Below, in pieces: positions 26,696 to 32,000 of a stretch of 32,000 nucleotides of DNA (positions are counted from its first letter, which is position 1; the number at the start of each line of letters is the position of its first letter). Under the pieces are notes generated by a model. It was not told the origin of the DNA. It saw nothing but the letters and a program-made list of their open reading frames with translations, and did no database searches. Position numbers and translations under genes: made by a program. The stretch is from the NCBI GenBank assembly GCA_963705375.1, contig OY970071.1, positions 330,001 through 362,000 on the forward strand, read 5' to 3'. The DNA comes from Candidatus Saccharimonadota bacterium (GTDB lineage: Archaea; Micrarchaeota; Micrarchaeia; Micrarchaeales; Micrarchaeaceae).

Positions 26696-26749
26696 GTTTT
26701 TACACAAGCAGGTTAGTTTTTACACAGAAAGAGGTTAATACACAAAGCC

Positions 26750-26758
26750 CATCAAACC
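26750..26758. repeat. CATCAAACC copy 4 (right of E3)
   Basis: It directly abuts the IRR of E3. Confidence 0.8.
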
Positions 26759-27034
26759 GAAAGCCATATATATCTAGATAGCTCTATATCTATCAGAAGA
26801 AGAAGTTCAGATAAGGTACAGCAGTTGAATAAATCTTATCCTTGAACAAGTCAAGAAAGCACATAAAATATAAAGGTTTCATAACGGAAAGTTCTGAAAT
26901 TTTTAGCTGCTTTTGCAGCAGTCTGGGCGGCTTGAAATCTGTTAGCCGCTGAAGTTCTTCTTCTCTGATTTTTAATAAATAAACTTATTCTAGAAATTTC
27001 TTTCTGAAAGTTTGCATTAAAACGACAAAGCAGT

Positions 27035-27412
27035 TTACAGCAATATATAGAGCACGAGAGCCAAGAGTGCCGCAGTAACCAGCGAATAGAGATGTATCTT
27101 CATCGCTTTTTGCACGTCCTGCGCATGTGCCTTGTCGCTGGTCACTCTGCCCTTTTCATCGCTAGAGCCGGAAAAATCAAACATACTCGCAGCGGCAAAC
27201 CCTGCGCAGAATTTGAAGCGACCCTGGTAAATACCCTCAGAGGCCATAGTAAACGGAATAAAACAAAAGAGCAGAAGCCATCTTTGCAAGGAGAAGAAAT
27301 TTATCAGGCCGGCAAACAAAAGTGCGATGGCAAATCCGGCAATGCCAAGCACGTATCTCTTCCGTATCTCGTTTTTTCCTATGTTGCAAACACCGGGCAC
27401 ATACTTGCTCAT
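27035..27412 (-). CDS. Small membrane protein (125 aa, about 3 TM)
   Basis: Hydrophobic segments (LGIAGFAIALLFAGLINFF, WLLLFCFIPF, LVTAALLALVLYILL). N-terminal GVCNIGKNEIRKR. A TTTAAAT box lies about 27 bp upstream on the minus strand. Confidence 0.6.
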   Translation of the reverse strand: MSKYVPGVCNIGKNEIRKRYVLGIAGFAIALLFAGLINFFSLQRWLLLFCFIPFTMASEGIYQGRFKFCAGFAAASMFDFSGSSDEKGRVTSDKAHAQDVQKAMKIHLYSLVTAALLALVLYILL

Positions 27413-27522
27413 GATTATCTATAAAAGTTGCATGATTTAAACCTAGCGCACTTTGAGCGAAAGCGTGCAATAGCCCGCACATCGTACAAAATCTTAAATA
27501 CAGTAGGAGAACAAAGTCGAAC

Positions 27523-28131
27523 ATGAAGAGTTGGGAGAACATTTTCAAGAAAGCGGGCAGATACTATGACAAGCCGTCAAAAGATGTCGTCAAGCTGGCG
27601 CGTATGCTGAAAAGGCAGAAAGTGAAGAGGATCCTGGATCTCGGCTGCGGGTCTGGAAGGCACTTGGTCTATCTTGCAAAGCTAGGCTTTGACGTTTACG
27701 GATTTGATTCTTCGCCAACCGGGGTCAGAATGGCAAAGGAATGGCTTGAGAAGAAGCACCTCAAGGCACACGTTCTGCTCCATGACATGGGCAAAAGATT
27801 TCCGTATGAAGATAGATTCTTTGATGCAATAATCTCGACGCAAGTATTACACCATAACCTTCCAGGCAGGATAAAGGCCACCATAAGAGAGATCGAAAGG
27901 ACGATAAAGCCGAAAGGCATTCTGTTCTTCACGGTGCCAAGCCACAAAGACAAAGGAGTGTTTTACAGACTGGCAGGCTTCAGAACATACGCACCATTAA
28001 ACGGAGATGAGAAAGGCATACCCCATTTCTACTTCACAGAGGAGCTTATCAGGAAATTCTTCAGCGATTTTCACATACGCAAGATCTACTCCACAGAACA
28101 TAAGCGCTTTGCCGTGATTGCAACCAAATGA
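27523..28131 (+). CDS. Class I SAM-dependent methyltransferase
   Basis: Motif I ILDLGCGSGRH, post-I acidic residue in GFDVYGFD, and motif II/III-like DAIISTQVLHH and LKPKGILFF-type strands. Confidence 0.8.
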   Translation: MKSWENIFKKAGRYYDKPSKDVVKLARMLKRQKVKRILDLGCGSGRHLVYLAKLGFDVYGFDSSPTGVRMAKEWLEKKHLKAHVLLHDMGKRFPYEDRFFDAIISTQVLHHNLPGRIKATIREIERTIKPKGILFFTVPSHKDKGVFYRLAGFRTYAPLNGDEKGIPHFYFTEELIRKFFSDFHIRKIYSTEHKRFAVIATK

Positions 28132-28823
28132 TGCAGATGATCTTTATGCAGTATAAACCCATGCTAGTTCGTGGCGTGCAGCTCGTAGTGATTTTCGCGA
28201 TATATGTTGGTCTTTACCTTGCAGGATCGAAAGGAGTGCTTGCCTCGCGCGCCTTGCTCTTTTTCTCCATGTACTTTGCCTACGTGATAATAAACGCGGC
28301 AATAATGCTAAACCATCAGCCGGAGCTGATAGGCGCCAGAAGCCATTTCGGCAAGGCAGAAAAATGGGACAAGGCAATAATGCTTGCTTACACTGTGTTG
28401 TTGTTCACGATATTCTACGCGGCCGGGCTTGATGCAATGCAAACGGGGAGCCTGCAAAGTTTGCCGTATATGATAATTGGTGTGATGCTATTTCTTATCG
28501 GAGGCGCGATGATAACATGGGCAATGTATGTCAACAAGTTCTTCGAGAGCGGGGCAAGGATACAGAAGGATAGGAAGCAGACGGTCATAAAAACGGGACC
28601 GTATGCAATAATACGCCATCCAGGCTATGCAGGCATGATTATGTTCTTCATCTCCATCCCTTTGATTTTTGGATCGGTAAAGGCACTTGAAGCCGGAGCC
28701 CTTATTGTTGCGCTCTTGATCATACGGACATATTTGGAAGACTCGATGTTGCGTAAAAAGCTAATCGGCTACGGCATCTACGCATGCAAAGTCAGATACA
28801 GGTTAGTTCCGCTTGTTTGGTAG
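28128..28823 (+). CDS. Isoprenylcysteine carboxyl methyltransferase (ICMT)/PEMT-family membrane methyltransferase
   Basis: Polytopic, with the C-terminal signature TGPYAIIRHPGYAGMIMFF...YLEDSML. ATGA overlap with the upstream MTase. Confidence 0.7.
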   Translation: MMQMIFMQYKPMLVRGVQLVVIFAIYVGLYLAGSKGVLASRALLFFSMYFAYVIINAAIMLNHQPELIGARSHFGKAEKWDKAIMLAYTVLLFTIFYAAGLDAMQTGSLQSLPYMIIGVMLFLIGGAMITWAMYVNKFFESGARIQKDRKQTVIKTGPYAIIRHPGYAGMIMFFISIPLIFGSVKALEAGALIVALLIIRTYLEDSMLRKKLIGYGIYACKVRYRLVPLVW

Positions 28824-28877
28824 GACCTTGTCAGAAAATAGTCGCAGAACATGTAATGCCTGACAGCTTAGCAAGTG

Positions 28878-29636
28878 TCATCTGACCGGGCAAACAGGCG
28901 CAAGCTCCATGACAAAGTACGTCTGGTTGCTAGTCTTGACTGTGCAGTTGTATTGTGCGAAGAACTGCGGTATGTTTATTCCTGCGGATGGTATCTCTGT
29001 GACAGGGCACATGCCGCCGGCTGGGCCAAGAACCTCGTATGTGGGCCCTGTTGCGAAATAGTAGCCGTAATCGGTTATATTGCGATTTGCCAGCCCTTGC
29101 CAGTGTTCAGGCGCACTGCTTACGATTTGGCTCACGAATTCACTCGGCGACTGATTAACAGGATAGAACACTTCCTCTACGAATGCATAATACGTAAGAC
29201 CGTTATAAGTATAGCCTTCGGGCCAATACGTGCCGAAATCTTGGGCGTAGCCGTAATGGCTTAGTTCATAATTGGCCGACATCGTCTCAAACCTGGTCTG
29301 CGAGAACCGGCTTAGCAGGGGACAGTAGCGGTACAGTGCGCCGCGTGTGCTGCTGACATTCTGGAAGAATTCAGTAGCCCATGTGGTATTCTGAGAGGTT
29401 TCGTATATTGTGGTAGTCGTTGTAGGGATTGATGATGTTGTGGTTTGCACAGAAGTCGTATAAGTGATGAGGATACTTGTCGGGGGAGTCGTGCTCGTGG
29501 TCGGGGAAATAGTCCGCCCCAGCACACCTGATGGCGCAATTGCTATGAAATAGATTGCTGCCACTACAAAGATTCCTGCAAGAGCAATAATGAGCCATTT
29601 TCCTATTGACATGCAACGACCTTGTAAATATTTCAT
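28878..29636 (-). CDS. Secreted or anchored hypothetical protein with a Thr-rich linker
   Basis: N-terminal hydrophobic anchor WLIIALAGIFVVAAIYFIAIA, then TSTTPPTS...TTTSSIPTTTTT, then an aromatic-rich globular domain. The start may be the ATG at 29612. Confidence 0.6.
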   Translation of the reverse strand: MKYLQGRCMSIGKWLIIALAGIFVVAAIYFIAIAPSGVLGRTISPTTSTTPPTSILITYTTSVQTTTSSIPTTTTTIYETSQNTTWATEFFQNVSSTRGALYRYCPLLSRFSQTRFETMSANYELSHYGYAQDFGTYWPEGYTYNGLTYYAFVEEVFYPVNQSPSEFVSQIVSSAPEHWQGLANRNITDYGYYFATGPTYEVLGPAGGMCPVTEIPSAGINIPQFFAQYNCTVKTSNQTYFVMELAPVCPVR

Positions 29637-29703
29637 TGCTTAAACTTTGGTGCCCAGCCCACCTTGTGGCAGCACGTATAGGCACAATCAAACTTGAAAC
29701 TAC

Positions 29704-30576
29704 TCACTGCACTGTTGTCAAGTAAGTTTCTAGTTTATACCTTGATTCTAAATCCTTGGCAGGACGTTCGGATATCTCCTTAAGATTACCCCGTTTCCTC
29801 TTACCACTGCTTTCACCCGAAAGAGGCTCCAGTTGAACGGTCTTTGCTTTTGGATCGTAATCGGTAAGCTCTGCCGGAATGAACAAGCCGTGCTCAGAGC
29901 GCAGCGCCACTAGGTCTCCTATTTTTGCATTGCCTTTGGCGATATCTGAGCCCGAAACTACCTTGGGCCGCTCATCAAGCCCTCTAGCCCAGTCTGCGGC
30001 CTTCGTGCCCCTCCTGCTTTGCTCCGCAGATATGCTCTCAAGAGGATTCCAGGGATTAGAAATCGGTTCATCGTAGAGCAGATCAGAGTATCTGTATGAT
30101 ACGAAGTCTGTCAAGTGCTTCTCATTCGGAGGCATGAGGCCTTTATTGCATTTTGAGAGTATCGGCCTTAGATCAGAGATTATTCTTATAGCTTCGGCCC
30201 TGCTTGGCACATAAATCGTCAATAGTTTTCCTTGCTGGACAGTGCCATCTTGGGGCATCGGTACGCTTGGTTTCCATATTTTAAAAATGGCATTCGCTTT
30301 TCCAAGCGCAGGTACTGCTTCTTTAAGGAAATTCAGGGTATCCTGTTCTGAAACATTAACATGTAGTTTGTAGCCAGATGATCGGTCTTGTAGGATCTCT
30401 GTATTGTCAGAATGAATGAAAGCGTCAGTCGCGCTTGCGATATATTCGATTTTCATTCCTCCGATGCCTTGCTCGAATATATTAATCACTTCGATGTCGC
30501 TTACCTTGCTATAAGGAGTGATCCCGTCCATATCATCACCAACATATTCGATCTCAGAAATGATATATATTACCAT
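29704..30576 (-). CDS. Hypothetical protein, 290 aa, with a possible K-x-H lyase-like (HopA1/OspF/LanKC-N-like) core
   Basis: GYKLHVNV...FKIWK...QQGKLLTIYVP resembles, from memory, the GWKLH.S...FK...GKFIT.YP pattern of that fold. The C-terminal part is small and looks SH3/KOW-like. Weak call. Confidence 0.45.
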   Translation of the reverse strand: MVIYIISEIEYVGDDMDGITPYSKVSDIEVINIFEQGIGGMKIEYIASATDAFIHSDNTEILQDRSSGYKLHVNVSEQDTLNFLKEAVPALGKANAIFKIWKPSVPMPQDGTVQQGKLLTIYVPSRAEAIRIISDLRPILSKCNKGLMPPNEKHLTDFVSYRYSDLLYDEPISNPWNPLESISAEQSRRGTKAADWARGLDERPKVVSGSDIAKGNAKIGDLVALRSEHGLFIPAELTDYDPKAKTVQLEPLSGESSGKRKRGNLKEISERPAKDLESRYKLETYLTTVQ

Positions 30577-30632
30577 GTGTAGGGCATTATTTTAACCTTT
30601 CTTGGCCATTTTCAGAAAAAATTCAGTGCTCC

Positions 30633-30714
30633 CTTTGGATTTGAATCTGAAGTAAGTAGCAATTAAGATATTTAAGCAAGCATGGTTGAATTCTTCTGAG
30701 TTCGAACCCGAAAA
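30633..30714 (+). repeat. Direct repeat R1 (82 bp)
   Basis: About 95% identical to 31846-31928. Contains AAGATATTTAAGC (TATA-like) and a degraded copy of the GGTTCGAA/TTCGAACC hairpin, with 1 nt deleted. Confidence 0.8.
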
Positions 30715-30776
30715 TTTATTTCCTATTACGTGCCTTGGTCCTACATCTAAATACTTTCCAGTAAAATAAACGCATA

Positions 30777-31508
30777 ATGGAGAAAACGACAGAGCACCCG
30801 ACGATACTTGATCAGAAAGGCCAACTAAGTATTCCTATCATTTCCAGTTCTGAAAAGTACAAATCTCTAGAACAGTTATATGAGAAGGCGATGAGTGAAC
30901 TTGACGCCTTCTTCGAATTGAATTGGACAAATGATCGTCCAAGACTAATCGTAGTCCGTGACCGGGAAACGATAGACCAGCTCAAAGGGTATGAAACAAA
31001 GGAATGGCTCAGAGCCTGGATTGACAATGGTGACGTTTATATTCTGGATAAGGACCGTCTCGCCAAGGAAAGGTTCCACGGGTACTTGGACGAAAAACAG
31101 TTGAATGATGAATATTTCAAATTGATAAAACATGAATTAGCTCATTTGTTCTCTCAGCGTCTTGCAGGTTCTTCTAATTCAGAACCTCATCGGGATGCGG
31201 GACCTCTCTGGCTCTGGGAGGGCATTTCTATCTACCTTGCCGGGCAGATTTCTGATATGAAAACTAATCTGAGCACTTTCCTAGAGTATTATAATAAGAG
31301 CGGGGATAGTATGTATACTGAAGGAGGTCTTGCAGTAAAATACCTTGTTGAAAATCATGGGAAAGACAAGTTGTTAGAGCTCATCAGATCCATGAACACG
31401 ATCAATTCTGAAGATGAGTTCAAAAAGACATTCAAACAGATTTATGGGTTTGAGTTAGATTATAGTAGCTTTACAAATACAGACAAAACACTTACAAAGA
31501 AGAATTGA
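30777..31508 (+). CDS. Putative zinc metallopeptidase (HExxH, peptidase-MA-like)
   Basis: HELAH at IKHELAHLF, followed by WLWEGISIYLAG. This matches the HExxH...W..EG.A.Y pattern of the Peptidase_MA_2-type family, recalled from memory. Confidence 0.5.
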   Translation: MEKTTEHPTILDQKGQLSIPIISSSEKYKSLEQLYEKAMSELDAFFELNWTNDRPRLIVVRDRETIDQLKGYETKEWLRAWIDNGDVYILDKDRLAKERFHGYLDEKQLNDEYFKLIKHELAHLFSQRLAGSSNSEPHRDAGPLWLWEGISIYLAGQISDMKTNLSTFLEYYNKSGDSMYTEGGLAVKYLVENHGKDKLLELIRSMNTINSEDEFKKTFKQIYGFELDYSSFTNTDKTLTKKN

Positions 31509-31845
31509 TGCAAATTCTGCAATATCTCTATGGCCTGGCAGGCTCGCCATGAAAGATTTTGCGCTGTGCCGCATTTTCTCATTGAGGCCCGGTAATTATC
31601 TCAACAAGCGCTCAGTTTTCCTTTCGCCCAACGCGTTCGCCCCGGTCATGAGGGGCGTTGCGGCAACACACCTTAAGCTTTTCAGGTAGATTCGGACTCG
31701 GGATTGTTGAAGAAAGAATCAGATGCTCCCAACGGAATTTGGATCCGTGTTTCGAGCGTGATAGGCTCGCGTCCTTGACCGGTTTCAGCGTTGTTTTCCA
31801 GCTTCATTTTATCGCCGCACTTCTGCGCAAAGCCTTAAGCATTTT

Positions 31846-31928
31846 CTTTGGATTTGAATCCGAAGTAAGTAGCGTTTAAGATATTTAAGCAAGCATGGTT
31901 CGAATTCTTCTGAGTTCGAACCCGAAAA
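31846..31928 (+). repeat. Direct repeat R2 (83 bp)
   Basis: It differs from R1 by 3 substitutions and 1 indel. It has a perfect 8-bp hairpin: GGTTCGAA (31897-31904) and TTCGAACC (31915-31922). Confidence 0.8.
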
Positions 31929-32000
31929 GTTGGATATGCTATTCGGGATTTCGAACACTTTTGAGATGAAGGAGAAATGACACTCCGAAATTAATTCTTT

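Larger units (their letters stand above)
21052..26749. mobile_element. Cargo transposon E3 (5698 bp) with IS903-like termini
   Basis: A perfect 11-bp terminal IR (GGCTTTGTGTA at 21052-21062, TACACAAAGCC at 26739-26749). Flanked by CATCAAACC. Subterminal TTTTTACACA repeats. Encodes a DDE transposase plus four passenger ORFs. Visibly more AT-rich than the flanks. Confidence 0.75.

Noticed and set aside
19503-26758. Whether the four CATCAAACC copies could be a CRISPR-like array or attL/attR sites of an integrase-mediated island.
   Set aside because: The spacings are 1.3 kb, 0.27 kb and 5.7 kb. The 'repeat' is only 9-11 bp. Each interval is bounded by its own inverted repeats. No cas genes or integrase are present. 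Transposon target duplications explain the pattern completely.
31658-31879. 73-aa plus-strand ORF, and a 41-aa minus-strand ORF (about 31700-31825), in the gap after the peptidase gene.
   Set aside because: There are no start signals or motifs, and the plus-strand ORF runs into repeat R2. The evidence is insufficient to call either.
30633-31928. A tRNA or tRNA fragment in the R1/R2 repeats, because of GGTTCGAA/TTCGAACC and GGATTTGAATCC strings.
   Set aside because: No acceptor, D or anticodon arms can be drawn. The TTCGAA strings form a simple hairpin with each other rather than a T-arm.

Overview
This looks like an archaeal chromosomal segment. It encodes GGGP synthase for ether lipids, a CCA-less tRNA, and TATA-like boxes about 25-35 bp upstream of first-gene start codons. 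I cannot assign a lineage; the tight packing suggests a small-genome archaeon.

- **117-6858:** a co-directional housekeeping run on the minus strand (proline-dehydrogenase-like, SDR epimerase, GGGP synthase, NFACT/Rqc2-like, RNase Z, tRNA-Val), followed by a PMM-like HAD hydrolase and a DUF763-like gene.
- **7000-10041:** two convergent orphan proteins.
- **10564-11571:** a 1.0-kb IS903-like (IS5-family) IS with a 9-bp target duplication.
- **12173-19471:** a complete 2-oxoacid dehydrogenase operon (E1a, E1b, E2, E3), an FNR-like reductase and a GT-C-type membrane glycosyltransferase.
- **19503-26758:** a visibly AT-rich accessory block. Three related elements sit in tandem in the same 9-bp target CATCAAACC, which is present four times. 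They are a 1257-bp IS, a 265-bp MITE and a 5698-bp cargo transposon.
- **The cargo transposon** carries a SWIM-DDE transposase, an RHH regulator, a Type IIG restriction-modification enzyme and an unrecognisable, translationally coupled pair (a 333-aa soluble protein plus a 157-aa four-TM protein). This pair is my best candidate for an undescribed, defence-like system.
- **27035-31928:** a small membrane protein, two methyltransferases, a Thr-rich secreted protein, a possible K-x-H lyase-like orphan, and a HExxH peptidase flanked by 83-bp direct repeats.

No CRISPR array or rRNA was seen.
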